Positions 30,396 through 40,002 of a DNA stretch of 64,000 bases are shown here, piece after piece; the stretch's first letter is position 1; each line of letters opens with the position of its first letter. Both the position numbers and the translations under genes were made by a program. Under the pieces are notes generated by a model, which worked only from the letters and a program-made list of their open reading frames with translations, had not been told where the DNA came from and made no database searches. Location: positions 355,664 to 419,663 of the forward strand of contig JAPLCB010000011.1 in the NCBI GenBank assembly GCA_026392455.1, given 5' to 3'. This DNA comes from Propionibacteriales bacterium. Its GTDB lineage: Bacteria > Actinomycetota > Actinomycetes > Propionibacteriales > Nocardioidaceae.

Positions 30396-30413
30396 TTGTG
30401 AACAACTTCACGA
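30396..30413. promoter_or_regulatory. candidate Rex operator (ROP) TTGTGAAcaacTTCACGA upstream of nuoA
   Basis: Matches the actinobacterial Rex consensus TTGTGAA-N4-TTCACAA at 13 of 14 half-site positions, 45 nt upstream of the nuoA ATG. rex is encoded in the same window. Confidence 0.7.
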
Positions 30414-30524
30414 AGTCGCGACCCGAGCAGCATAGAGGCGAACGTCACATCGTGCGAACCCCCCTCCCCGTTCAGGGTTTTCGCAGGTCAGAGGCAGATT
30501 TAGGCAACGTTGGCGTGCCTTAAA

Positions 30525-31217
30525 TCAGGCGCGGGTCCCGTGGTGCAGCGCGACGATCCCGCCGGAGAGGTTGCGCCACTTGACCTGGTCCCAGCCCGCC
30601 TGCTGGAGCCGACCTGCCAGGCCTGCCTGGTCGGGCCAGGCCCGGATCGACTCGGCGAGGTAGACGTACGCGTCCGGCGACGAGGACACCGCCCGCGCCA
30701 CGGCCGGGAGCGCCTTCATCAGGTACTCGATGTAGACCGTGCGGAACGGCGACCACGTCGGCGAGGAGAACTCGCACACCACGATCCGACCGCCCGGCTT
30801 GGTGACCCGCAGCAGCTCGCGCAGGCCCGCGTCGGGGTCGACGATGTTGCGCAGCCCGAAGGAGATCGTGACGGCGTCGAAGGTGGCGTCGGCGAACGGG
30901 AGCTTGGTGCCGTCCCCGGCGACGAACGGCAGGTGCGGCTTGGCCTTCTTGCCGACCTGGAGCATCCCGACCGAGAAGTCGCACGGGACGACCGTCGCGC
31001 CGCGGTCGCGGAACGGCTGGCTCGACGTACCGGTGCCGGCGGCGAGGTCCAGGACGACGTCGCCCGGAGCCGGGTCGACCGCGTCCAGGACGATCTTGCG
31101 CCAGCGGCGGTCCTGGCCCAGCGACAGCACGTCGTTGGTGATGTCGTAGCGCTCGGCGACGTCGTCGAACATCGCCTGTACTTCAGCGGGCTTCTTGTCC
31201 AGATCAGCGCGGGTCAC
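30525..31217 (-). CDS. menG: demethylmenaquinone methyltransferase
   Basis: In-frame part of ORF 30525..31325 from GTG 31217: [41 protein letters not shown]...[12 protein letters not shown] (UbiE/MenG family). Confidence 0.9.
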   Translation of the reverse strand: MTRADLDKKPAEVQAMFDDVAERYDITNDVLSLGQDRRWRKIVLDAVDPAPGDVVLDLAAGTGTSSQPFRDRGATVVPCDFSVGMLQVGKKAKPHLPFVAGDGTKLPFADATFDAVTISFGLRNIVDPDAGLRELLRVTKPGGRIVVCEFSSPTWSPFRTVYIEYLMKALPAVARAVSSSPDAYVYLAESIRAWPDQAGLAGRLQQAGWDQVKWRNLSGGIVALHHGTRA

Positions 31218-31325
31218 GGGCACAGGGTATGCGTTGGGCCGAAGTGGTTGCGCTCGGACGACAACCTTCGGGGCCGCCGGTGCGTCTATCCCGGTGAGGG
31301 GCACGACAACCAGGAGGATGGGCAC

Positions 31326-32216
31326 GTGAAGACTGAAGTGAAGCGTGGGGCTGGAGTGACGATGTTCGTCGTCCTGCTCGCGGCCGTCGGAGCACTCGGG
31401 TACGGCGTCGCCGAGGCGACCTCCCAGATCGGCGGGACCGCCGGGGCCGGCGCGCCCGTGACGACCGCACCCACCCCGGCAGCACGACCCAGCTCCCAGT
31501 CAGCCCCGCAGCCCGCCCCCGAGCAGGTCCGCCCGGACCCGGTGGTGCCCGCCCCGGTCGCTGCCGACCCGGCGCCGGCACTCCTGGAGCCCGGCGACAC
31601 CGGGCCCCAGGTCCGCGAGCTGCAGGCCCGGCTGCGACAGATCGCCTGGTTCGAGGGCAAGGTCACCGACAGCTACGGCCCGACCACCACCGCTGCGGTG
31701 AAGGGCTTCCAGACCAAGCGGGGTCTCCCCGCACTCGGGTACGTCGACCGCGCCACCCGCACGCGCCTGCTCGACATGACCCGGCGCCCGACGAAGGCCG
31801 AGCTGGCCAACAAGGTCAGCGACGGGACCTGGACCGACGCACCGCTGGACCCGCGTTGCCGCACCGGCCGGGTGATGTGCGTCGACAAGTCCAGCCGCAC
31901 CATCCGCTGGGTCGTCGACGGCGAGGTGCTGGACACGATGGCGGTCCGCTTCGGGTCGTCGTACACGCCCACCCGCGAGGGCCTGTTCCACGTCGAGTCG
32001 AAGTCCCCCGACCACGTGTCCAGCCTCTACGGCACCTCGATGCCGTTCGCGATGTTCTTCAGCCGCGGCCAGGCTGTGCACTACTCCCCCGACTTCGCGG
32101 CCCGTGGGTACGCCGGCGCCAGTCACGGCTGCGTCAACGTCCGCGACTACGACGGCATCAAGGCGCTCTTCGACCTGGTCCGGGTCGGCGATGCGGTAGT
32201 CGTGTACTGGTCGTAA
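31326..32216 (+). CDS. L,D-transpeptidase (YkuD) with PG_binding_1 domain, membrane-anchored
   Basis: In-frame part of ORF 30510..32216 from GTG 31326 (GGAGG RBS): TM segment, [19 protein letters not shown]...[10 protein letters not shown], and the catalytic SHGCVNV motif. Confidence 0.85.
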   Translation: MKTEVKRGAGVTMFVVLLAAVGALGYGVAEATSQIGGTAGAGAPVTTAPTPAARPSSQSAPQPAPEQVRPDPVVPAPVAADPAPALLEPGDTGPQVRELQARLRQIAWFEGKVTDSYGPTTTAAVKGFQTKRGLPALGYVDRATRTRLLDMTRRPTKAELANKVSDGTWTDAPLDPRCRTGRVMCVDKSSRTIRWVVDGEVLDTMAVRFGSSYTPTREGLFHVESKSPDHVSSLYGTSMPFAMFFSRGQAVHYSPDFAARGYAGASHGCVNVRDYDGIKALFDLVRVGDAVVVYWS

Positions 32217-32225
32217 CCTGGGGGG

Positions 32226-33503
32226 GTGACTTCCACGCGCACCCGTGGTCCGGTCGGACCGACCTCTGCTCCGAGGCTGGTCGCACGCACCGTGGAGATC
32301 GACGACCCGGGCGCCCTCATCGATCTGCTGCCGGACACCGGGGCGATGACCTGGCTGCGGCGCGGCGAGGGCCTGGTCGCCTGGGGTGTCGCCGCGTCGT
32401 ACCGCAGCCACGGCGAGGGCCGGTTCGCGGACGCCGCCACCTGGTGGCGGGACGTGGCCCGGCTGGCCGCCGTCGCGGACGAGGTCGAGGTCCCCGGGAC
32501 GGGCCTGATCTCGTTGGGGAGCTTCGCCTTCGCCGACACCCCGGGGGATTCCGTCCTGGTCGTCCCGCAGGTGGTCGTCGGCCGGCGGGGGGACGTCTGC
32601 TGGGTGACCACCATCGGCACCACACCCCTGGAGATCCCCACCCTCGAAGCACAACCGGCCCCGGCCGCGCCGGTCAACCTCACCTTCGCCAGTGGCGCGC
32701 TGACCGGCGCCGAGTGGGAGTCCGTGGTCTGGGAGGCCGTCTTCCACCTCAACGCCGGCGAGCTCGACAAGGTCGTCCTGGCCCGCGACCTGATCGCGAC
32801 CGCCGACGAGCCGATCGACGTGCGCTGGCCGCTGCGCCGCCTCGGTGCCGACTACGAGATGTGCTGGACCTTCCACGTCGACGGCATGTTCGGCGCGACC
32901 CCCGAGCTGCTGGTCCGCCGCGAGAAGGGCCTGGTCACCTCCCGGGTGCTGGCCGGCACCATCCGCCGTACCGGCGACGACGAGCACGACCTGACCCTGG
33001 CCGCCACCCTGGCGAGGTCGTCGAAGGACCTGGAGGAGCACGAGTACGCCGTTCGCTCGGTGGCGGACGCGCTGGCGCCGTACTGCTCGTCGATGAACGT
33101 TCCTGAGGCCCCGTTCGTGCTGCACCTGCCGAACGTGATGCACCTGGCGACCGACGTGGCCGGGGTGGCCGGCGCCGGTGGTGCGACCGTGCTCGAGCTC
33201 GCCGCTGCCCTGCACCCGTCGGCTGCCGTCGGAGGGACGCCGACCAAGCTGGCCGTCGAGATGATCGCGGAGATCGAGGGGATGGACCGCAGCCGGTACG
33301 CCGGTCCGGTCGGCTGGATGAACGCGCACGGCGACGGCGAGTTCGGGATCGCCCTGCGATCGGCCGAGGTGGACCCCGACGACGGGCGCACCGTCCGGTT
33401 GTTCGCCGGCTGCGGGATCGTGGCGGGGTCCGACCCCGAGTCCGAGCTGGCCGAGGCGCAGGCCAAGTTCATCCCGGTCCGCGGTGCGCTCTCGGCGGAC
33501 TGA
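32226..33503 (+). CDS. menF: isochorismate synthase
   Basis: ORF 32226..33503. Chorismate-binding family C-terminal region (LHPSAAVGGTP...RSRYAGPVGW...GIALRSA...FAGCGIVAGSDPESE). Confidence 0.9.
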   Translation: MTSTRTRGPVGPTSAPRLVARTVEIDDPGALIDLLPDTGAMTWLRRGEGLVAWGVAASYRSHGEGRFADAATWWRDVARLAAVADEVEVPGTGLISLGSFAFADTPGDSVLVVPQVVVGRRGDVCWVTTIGTTPLEIPTLEAQPAPAAPVNLTFASGALTGAEWESVVWEAVFHLNAGELDKVVLARDLIATADEPIDVRWPLRRLGADYEMCWTFHVDGMFGATPELLVRREKGLVTSRVLAGTIRRTGDDEHDLTLAATLARSSKDLEEHEYAVRSVADALAPYCSSMNVPEAPFVLHLPNVMHLATDVAGVAGAGGATVLELAAALHPSAAVGGTPTKLAVEMIAEIEGMDRSRYAGPVGWMNAHGDGEFGIALRSAEVDPDDGRTVRLFAGCGIVAGSDPESELAEAQAKFIPVRGALSAD

Positions 33504-33546
33504 TCGACCCTGGCCTTCGGCCCTGCTTGACCACTACCGTGACCAG

Positions 33547-34377
33547 GTGGCCGATCACGGCGAGAACCGCAACGACTCCCGGTTCGTCGGGGCGATCCCG
33601 GAGGTCTACGAACGGCTGATGGTCCCGATGATCTTCGAGGCGCCGGCCGTGCGCCTCGCGGACATCCTCGCGGCCCTCCGCCCGGCCGACGTGCTGGAGA
33701 CGGCCGCGGGCACCGGCGCGCTGACCCGCGAGCTCGTCCGCGCCTGCCCCGGTGCGCAGGTGACGGCCACGGACCTGAACCCGCCGATGCTGGAGGCCGC
33801 GGCGGCACGTCTTCCGGCCGGCGCACGGGTGGTCTGGCGCGACGCCGATGCCACCGCCCTCCCGTTCGGGGACGCCGACTTCGACGCGGTGGTCTGCCAG
33901 TTCGGGGCGATGTTCTTCCCGGACCGGGTCCAGGGCTACCGCGAGGCACTGCGGGTCCTGCGGCCGGGCGGGGCGTTCGTGTTCAACACCTGGGACCGGA
34001 TCGAGAACAACGAGGTCACCTTCGTGATCGAGACCGCTCTGGTCGCGGCGGCACCCCAGGCACCGATCCGCTTCATGAGCCGGACCCCGCACGGCTACCA
34101 CTCCCCCGACCAGATCCGGACCGACCTGCAGGCGGCAGGCCTGGGCGAGGTGAGGGTCGAGCCCGTCGACGGCATCGGCCGGACCACGGCCGCGGAGGGA
34201 GCGGTCGCGTTCTGCCAGGGCACGCCGCTGCGGGTCGCGATCGAGAACCACCCGACCCTGACGGTCGATTCGGCGACGGCGATCGCCGAGAGCGCCCTGC
34301 TCCAGCACTTCGGCCCGGGTCCGATCGACGGGTCGATCCGCTGGTTCGAGGTCGTCGCGACCGCACCGTCGCACTGA
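33547..34377 (+). CDS. class I SAM-dependent methyltransferase
   Basis: ORF 33484..34377. VLETAAGTGALT motif I and LRPGGAFVFNTWD. Start uncertain: GTG 33547 is preferred, while the track start 33484 would overlap menF. Confidence 0.75.
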   Translation: MADHGENRNDSRFVGAIPEVYERLMVPMIFEAPAVRLADILAALRPADVLETAAGTGALTRELVRACPGAQVTATDLNPPMLEAAAARLPAGARVVWRDADATALPFGDADFDAVVCQFGAMFFPDRVQGYREALRVLRPGGAFVFNTWDRIENNEVTFVIETALVAAAPQAPIRFMSRTPHGYHSPDQIRTDLQAAGLGEVRVEPVDGIGRTTAAEGAVAFCQGTPLRVAIENHPTLTVDSATAIAESALLQHFGPGPIDGSIRWFEVVATAPSH

Positions 34378-34414
34378 CCGGGAACAACAGCTCGGACCCG
34401 ACGGTTCGGCCACC

Positions 34415-35245
34415 ATGAGCTCTCTTGCGATCACCGGTTCCACCGGCCAGCTCGGCGGCCTGGTCGCCACAGCCCTCGCCGACCTGACGCCCCGGCTGGT
34501 GGTGCGCGATCCGGCGCGCGCACCGGACATCGACGGAACCTCCGTGACCCAGGCCTCGTACGGCGATCTCGGCTCCGGCATCGCGGCACTCGTCGACGTG
34601 GAGGTGCTCTTCATGGTCTCGGCCGCGGAGAGCCCGAACCGTCGCGAGGAGCACCGCACGTTCATCGAGGCCGCCGCCCGGGCCGGGGTGCGCCACCTCG
34701 TCTACACCTCGTTCTCCGGAGCCGCGCCGGACGCGAGGTTCACCCTCGGCCGCGACCACTTCGACGCCGAGCAGGCGATCGCGGAGTCCGGCCTGGCCTT
34801 CACGATCCTGCGGGACAACTTCTACCTCGACGTGCTGCCGCTGTTCGCCGGCGAGGACGGCGTGATCCGCGGCCCCGCCGGTGACGGGCGGGTCGCGGCG
34901 GTAGCGCGCGCGGACGTCGCAGCCGTCGCCGCCGAGGTGCTGCGCTCGCCGGACGAGCACGCCGGTGCGACGTACGAGCTCACCGGTCCGGAGGCACTGA
35001 CGCTCTCCGAGGTCGCCACCCGGGCCGGGGCGGTGCTGGGCAGGACGCTGACGTTCGCCGACGAGACCGAGGAGCAGGCCTACGCGTCTCGCCGCGCGGC
35101 GTACGACGCCGAGCAGTGGCAGCTGGACGCCTGGGTGAGCACGTACACGGCGATCCGCGACGGCGAGGTGGCGCACCTCTCCGACGACGTCCGCGCGGTC
35201 ACCGGGCGGCGGCCGCGGTCGTTGGAGCGGGCACTGCTGCCCTAA
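34415..35245 (+). CDS. NmrA-like / NAD(P)H-binding SDR family protein
   Basis: ORF 34415..35245. N-terminal ITGSTGQLGG Rossmann motif, about 276 aa. Confidence 0.8.
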   Translation: MSSLAITGSTGQLGGLVATALADLTPRLVVRDPARAPDIDGTSVTQASYGDLGSGIAALVDVEVLFMVSAAESPNRREEHRTFIEAAARAGVRHLVYTSFSGAAPDARFTLGRDHFDAEQAIAESGLAFTILRDNFYLDVLPLFAGEDGVIRGPAGDGRVAAVARADVAAVAAEVLRSPDEHAGATYELTGPEALTLSEVATRAGAVLGRTLTFADETEEQAYASRRAAYDAEQWQLDAWVSTYTAIRDGEVAHLSDDVRAVTGRRPRSLERALLP

Positions 35246-35877
35246 AGCTCTGCGCCGACCTGGAGCCGCACGTACTCCTGCTGCCGGGGCTCCAGGAAGC
35301 GGCCGAGGTGCCCGGCGACCAGGCCGAGCCCGGCCTCGCTGTAGATCGCGTCGTGGATCCCGACCGAGCGCGGCGCCCCGATCTCGCGGGCGTAGTCGAT
35401 GCACTCGGAGATCTTGAGCCAGGGCGCGCTGACCGGGAGCAGCAGCAGGTCCGGCGCGGCCGGCAGCGTGGTCAGCGCGTCACCCGGGTGGAACACCGTG
35501 GCGCCCTCGATCTCGAGCAGGTAGCCGGAGTTGTCGAAGTGCGGCAGCTCGGGGTGGATGATCGCGTGCTTCTCGCCGACGGCGGTGACCGGCACCCCGA
35601 CGTCCCACCGGTCCCCCGGCGCGACGACGGTGACCCGCTCGGCCACGGCGGGGGCCTGGGCGCGGATCTGCTCGGCGACGGCCGCGATCGTCCAGATCGG
35701 GGCCTCGGTCGCGGCGAGCAGGTCGGGGGTCCAGTGATCCGGGTGCTCGTGGGTGATCAGGACGGCGGTGGCTGCGTCGAGAGCCTCGGGAGCCGTGAAC
35801 ATCCCGGGGTCGATCACCACGGCGTGGCGGTCCGTCTCGAGTCTCACGCAGGCGTGCCCGTGCTTGATGATTCGCAT
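35242..35877 (-). CDS. MBL-fold metallo-hydrolase
   Basis: ORF 35242..35877. ITHEHPDHW metal-binding motif, about 211 aa. Confidence 0.8.
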   Translation of the reverse strand: MRIIKHGHACVRLETDRHAVVIDPGMFTAPEALDAATAVLITHEHPDHWTPDLLAATEAPIWTIAAVAEQIRAQAPAVAERVTVVAPGDRWDVGVPVTAVGEKHAIIHPELPHFDNSGYLLEIEGATVFHPGDALTTLPAAPDLLLLPVSAPWLKISECIDYAREIGAPRSVGIHDAIYSEAGLGLVAGHLGRFLEPRQQEYVRLQVGAEL

Positions 35878-35904
35878 GGTCCCAGACTAGGGTCGAGCCC
35901 ACTA

Positions 35905-35919
35905 TTGAACTGAGTTCAA
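35905..35919. promoter_or_regulatory. candidate operator TTGAACtgaGTTCAA in the 57-nt divergent MBL/monooxygenase intergenic region
   Basis: Perfect 6-3-6 inverted repeat, 16 nt upstream of the monooxygenase ATG. Confidence 0.4.
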
Positions 35920-35934
35920 GAAGAGGTGGGGTTC

Positions 35935-37437
35935 ATGACCGACCACGACGTGATCATCGTCGGCGCAGGCTTCGGCGGCATGGGAGCAGCGATCACGCTC
36001 AAGAAGCAGGGGTTCGAGGACCTGCTGATCATCGAGCGCGAGGACGACCTGGGCGGCACCTGGCACGTCAACCACTACCCCGGTCTCGCGGTCGACATCG
36101 CCAGCGTCACCTACTCGTACTCCTTCGAGCCCAATCCGTACTGGAAGAACTGGTTCGCCCGCGGCCCCGAGCTCAAGGCCTACGCCGAGCACGTCGCCGA
36201 CAAGTACGACCTGCGCCGGCACATGGAGTTCGGGATCAGCGCCGAGGGCGCGCGCTGGGACGAGGAGGCCCAGCACTGGGTCGTGACGAGCTCTCCGGTC
36301 GCTGGCCCCGGCCAGGGCCAGCCGACGATCCGTACGGCGAAGCACCTGATGACTGCCACCGGCTTCCTCTCCCAGCCGAGGCTGCCCGACATCGACGGCG
36401 TCGACACCTTCGCCGGCACGGTCATCCACACCGCCCAGTGGGACGACTCGGTCGCGCTCGAGGGCAAGCGGATCGCGGTGATCGGCACCGGCGCGACCGC
36501 GGTCCAGCTGATCCCGCAGATCGCCCAGCTGGCCTCGGCGCTGACCGTCTACCAGCGCACCCCCATCTGGGTCACCCCGAAGAACGACTTCAAGATCCCC
36601 GGTCCGGTGCAGACCCTGTTCGCCACCCAACCCTGGACCCAGCGGGTCGCCCGCGCCGCCAACAGCGCCTGGCTCGAGGGGATGATGGTCACGGCGGTCC
36701 TGCACTACAAGCAGGCCAAGTTCCTCAACGCCGGCGCCGCCGCTCTCGCGAAGGCGCACCTGCGCCGCCAGGTGCACGACCCCGAGACCCGGCGCAAGCT
36801 CACCCCGGACTACAGCTTCGGCTGCAAGCGCCCGACGTTCTCCAACGACTACTACCCGACCTTCAACGCCGACCACGTCACCCTGGAGACCACCCCGATC
36901 GCACGGATCACGCCGTCCGGCATCGTCACCTCCGACGGCCAGGAGACACCGGTCGACGTGCTGGTGCTCGCCACCGGCTTCAACCTCTGGGACACCAACT
37001 TCCCGGCGTTCGAGATCATCGGCCGCGAGGGCCGCGACCTCGGCAAGTCGTGGCGCCAGCACGGCTACCACGCCTTCGAGGGCGTCACCGTGCCCGGCTT
37101 CCCGAACTTCATCAGCCTGAACTCGCCGTACTCGTACTCGGGCCTGAGCTACTTCATGACCATCGAGGTCCAGATGCGCCACATCGAGCGTCTCTTCTCC
37201 GAGCTGAACAAGCGCGACGCCGAGACCTTCGAGGTCAGCGAGACCGCCGACCGGGCGTTCCTCGACCAGATGCTCGAGCGGATGGACGACACCGTCTTCC
37301 TGCAGGGATCGTGCTCGACCGCGCGCAGCTACTACTACACGAACGAGGGCGACGCGGTCCTGCTGCGGCCGACCTCGTCGGGGAGCGCCCGCAAGGCGGT
37401 CGAGGAGTTCGACATCGACGAGTACGCGTTCGGCTGA
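35935..37437 (+). CDS. flavin-containing / Baeyer-Villiger-type monooxygenase
   Basis: ORF 35926..37437. VIIVGAGFGG FAD motif, FAGTVIHTAQW fingerprint and IAVIGTGATAVQ NADP motif. ATG 35935 preferred (GAGGTGG RBS). Confidence 0.85.
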   Translation: MTDHDVIIVGAGFGGMGAAITLKKQGFEDLLIIEREDDLGGTWHVNHYPGLAVDIASVTYSYSFEPNPYWKNWFARGPELKAYAEHVADKYDLRRHMEFGISAEGARWDEEAQHWVVTSSPVAGPGQGQPTIRTAKHLMTATGFLSQPRLPDIDGVDTFAGTVIHTAQWDDSVALEGKRIAVIGTGATAVQLIPQIAQLASALTVYQRTPIWVTPKNDFKIPGPVQTLFATQPWTQRVARAANSAWLEGMMVTAVLHYKQAKFLNAGAAALAKAHLRRQVHDPETRRKLTPDYSFGCKRPTFSNDYYPTFNADHVTLETTPIARITPSGIVTSDGQETPVDVLVLATGFNLWDTNFPAFEIIGREGRDLGKSWRQHGYHAFEGVTVPGFPNFISLNSPYSYSGLSYFMTIEVQMRHIERLFSELNKRDAETFEVSETADRAFLDQMLERMDDTVFLQGSCSTARSYYYTNEGDAVLLRPTSSGSARKAVEEFDIDEYAFG

Positions 37438-37439
37438 GC

Positions 37440-37464
37440 GAAACCCCGTTGCGCAAGGGCTTTC
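37440..37464 (+). terminator. hairpin GAAACCCC-gttgcgcaa-GGGCTTTC after the monooxygenase gene
   Basis: 8-bp stem with one mismatch, 3 nt after the stop codon. Weak. Confidence 0.25.
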
Positions 37465-37485
37465 CGGGCCGACAGGATCCGGCTC

Positions 37486-38097
37486 GTGCTTGACGCCCTC
37501 CTCTCCGGCCTGGTGACCGGCTACGCCATCGCCGTGCCGGTGGGCGCCGTCGCGGCCCTGATCATCGCGCTGAGCGCCCGTACGTCGTGGACCGTCGGCG
37601 CCGCCGCAGGTCTCGCAGTGGCCACCGTGGACGGCGCCTACGCCGCCGTCGCGGTCGTGGCCGGCAGCGCGGTGGCAGCGACCCTCGAGCCGATCGCCGA
37701 CGTCCTCCAGGCCGTGTCGGTCGCGGCCCTGCTCGCCATCGCGGCCCTCACTCTCCACAGCGCGCTGCGGCCAGCCGCTGCCGACCAGGACGCGGCCGCG
37801 CGGAGGTGGACCCCGCTGCGGGCCTGGCTGACCTTCGCCGGCATCACCGCCGTGAACCCGGCCACCGTCGTCTACTTCGCGGCGGTCGTGATCGGTGGCT
37901 CGGTCGACCTCGACGGTGCGACCGAAGGCACCGTCTTCGTGGTCGCGGCCTTCCTGGCGAGCGCGAGCTGGCAGCTCTTCGTGGTCAGCCTGGGAACCGG
38001 CCTGCGCCGGACGGTCTCCGGCCCCCGCGGTCGTCGTACGACGGGGATCGTGGCGGCGGTCGTGATCGCGGCCCTGGCGCTGAAGCCGCTGTTCTGA
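37486..38097 (+). CDS. LysE family amino-acid exporter
   Basis: ORF 37486..38097. About 200 aa, 6 TM. The N-terminal LLSGLVTGYAIAVPVGAV is LysE/RhtB-like. Confidence 0.75.
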   Translation: MLDALLSGLVTGYAIAVPVGAVAALIIALSARTSWTVGAAAGLAVATVDGAYAAVAVVAGSAVAATLEPIADVLQAVSVAALLAIAALTLHSALRPAAADQDAAARRWTPLRAWLTFAGITAVNPATVVYFAAVVIGGSVDLDGATEGTVFVVAAFLASASWQLFVVSLGTGLRRTVSGPRGRRTTGIVAAVVIAALALKPLF

Positions 38098-38113
38098 CCC
38101 GTCGAGTCCGGGG

Positions 38114-39988
38114 CTAGCCGGTGAGCTCGTGGGTGAAGCACCAGCGCCAGGTCTCGCCCGGTTCGGCGGACCTCATCACCGGGTGGCCACTGGCGTGGAA
38201 GTGCGCGGTGGCGTGCATCTTCGGGGACGAGTCGCAGCAGGCGACGTGGCCGCAGTCCAGGCACATCCGCAGGTGCACCCAGGCAGAACCCTCCCGGATG
38301 CAGTCGCTGCACTCGGCGACCGCGTCCGGTTGCACCGGCGGCCGCGGCTGCTGAAGGTCCTCGCACCCGCCCTCGAACACGGTCGGCGCCTGACCGGCCC
38401 GCACCCGCTCGGTCTCGTGGTCGCTGTACTCGAGCATCGACTCCTCCACGTCCAGCATGGCCAGAACCTCCTCCACGATCTCGTGCGCGACCCGTCCGGT
38501 GGACCTGATCTCCAGGACCCGGGTCCGCTCGGCCTCGATCATCTTGCGTCGCTTCTTCGAGTACAGCTCGCTCGGCGTCATCTGCTCGGTCGTGGCACCG
38601 ACCCGTTCCCACGCGGCGAAGTCACGGCGACGGACCCGGTCACGCAGCGTGCCGGAGATGTCGTGCGGGTCCTCGACGTGGTCCTCGAGCAGGGCGTCGA
38701 GCTTGGCGATGCCGGCCTGGGAGGCCTGGTGCAGCAGGTTGGCGCGGGCCAGCGCATCAGCGGTCGGGTCGGGCGAGGGCACCCGCAGCTTCCGTGCGAA
38801 CCAGGGCAGGGACATGCCCTGAATGAAGAGCGTGCCGGCGGTGACGGTGAACGCGATCAGCAGCAGCACCTCGCGGTGCTCCACGCCCTGCGGGATCACG
38901 AAGGCCGCCGCCAGGGTGACCACACCGCGCATGCCGGCCCAGCCGAGCAGGAACGTGTACGTCCAGGGCGGCTTCTGCCCGGTCTCCCCGTCCGGACCGG
39001 GCCGGACGATCAGGTAGCGGGCCGCGAAGACCCAGACGAGCCGCAGCACGATCACCGCGACCAGGGTCGATCCGCAGATCAGCGCGATCCGGCCGCCTCC
39101 GAGATCGTCCTGCTCGGCGTCGGCGATGATCGAGCGCGCCTGGAGCCCGATCAGCAGGAAGACCGAGCTCTCCAGCAGGAACGCGATGCTGCGCCAGTTC
39201 ATCCGTTCGGCGATCCGCGCCTGGGCGGTCTGGATGATCGGCGCCTTGTGGCCGAGCAGGAGGCCGCAGACGACCACGCTGATCACGCCGGACGCGTGGA
39301 TCTCCTCGGCGGCGACGTACGCCGCGAACGGCGTCATGAACGAGAGCCCGGAGTCGAAGACGGGGTCGACCACGTGCTTGCGGATGAAGGCGATCACCAC
39401 GAAGAAGACCAGCCCGACCAGCAATCCGCCGCCGGCGGCGAGGCCGAAGTCACCGGCGACCTCCTGCCAGGTGACCACGCCCACCGACGCCGCCAGCGCG
39501 GTACGCAGCGCGACCAGCGCGGTGGCGTCGTTGAGCAGCGACTCCCCCTCCAGGATCGTGACGATCCGCCGCGGCAGTCCGATCCGGCGGCCGATCGCGG
39601 TGGCTGCGATCGCGTCCGGCGGGGCCACCACGGCTCCGATCGCGAACGCCCCGGCCCAGCCGACCTCGGGCAGCAGCGCGTGCACCAGGACCGCGACGCC
39701 CGCGGTGGTGAAGGCGACCAGCCCGACCGAGAGCAGCAGGATCGAACGCCGGTTGGCGTTGAAGTCGACCAGCGACGTCTGCAGCGAGGCGGCGTAGAGC
39801 AGCGGTGGGAGCAACCCGAGCAGGACCACCTCGGGGTGCAGCTCCACGTCCGGGATGAAGGGGATGTACGACCCGACGACACCGACCACGATCAGGCCCA
39901 GCGGCGAGGACAGGTCCAGTCGCGCGCAGACCGCGGTCGTGGCCAGCACGGTGGCGACCAGGGCAACGAGCGTCAGAACGAGATCCAC
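38114..39988 (-). CDS. Na+/H+ antiporter (CPA1/NhaP type) with a C-terminal UBP-type zinc-finger domain
   Basis: ORF 38114..39988. N-terminal 12-TM exchanger (ILEGESLLNDATALV, GMRGVVTLAAA), a cytoplasmic regulatory region, then CSDCIREGSAWVHLRMCLDCGHVACCDSSPKMHATAHFHASGHP. Confidence 0.88.
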   Translation of the reverse strand: MDLVLTLVALVATVLATTAVCARLDLSSPLGLIVVGVVGSYIPFIPDVELHPEVVLLGLLPPLLYAASLQTSLVDFNANRRSILLLSVGLVAFTTAGVAVLVHALLPEVGWAGAFAIGAVVAPPDAIAATAIGRRIGLPRRIVTILEGESLLNDATALVALRTALAASVGVVTWQEVAGDFGLAAGGGLLVGLVFFVVIAFIRKHVVDPVFDSGLSFMTPFAAYVAAEEIHASGVISVVVCGLLLGHKAPIIQTAQARIAERMNWRSIAFLLESSVFLLIGLQARSIIADAEQDDLGGGRIALICGSTLVAVIVLRLVWVFAARYLIVRPGPDGETGQKPPWTYTFLLGWAGMRGVVTLAAAFVIPQGVEHREVLLLIAFTVTAGTLFIQGMSLPWFARKLRVPSPDPTADALARANLLHQASQAGIAKLDALLEDHVEDPHDISGTLRDRVRRRDFAAWERVGATTEQMTPSELYSKKRRKMIEAERTRVLEIRSTGRVAHEIVEEVLAMLDVEESMLEYSDHETERVRAGQAPTVFEGGCEDLQQPRPPVQPDAVAECSDCIREGSAWVHLRMCLDCGHVACCDSSPKMHATAHFHASGHPVMRSAEPGETWRWCFTHELTG

Positions 39989-40002
39989 AGGGCGAGGCTA
40001 TC

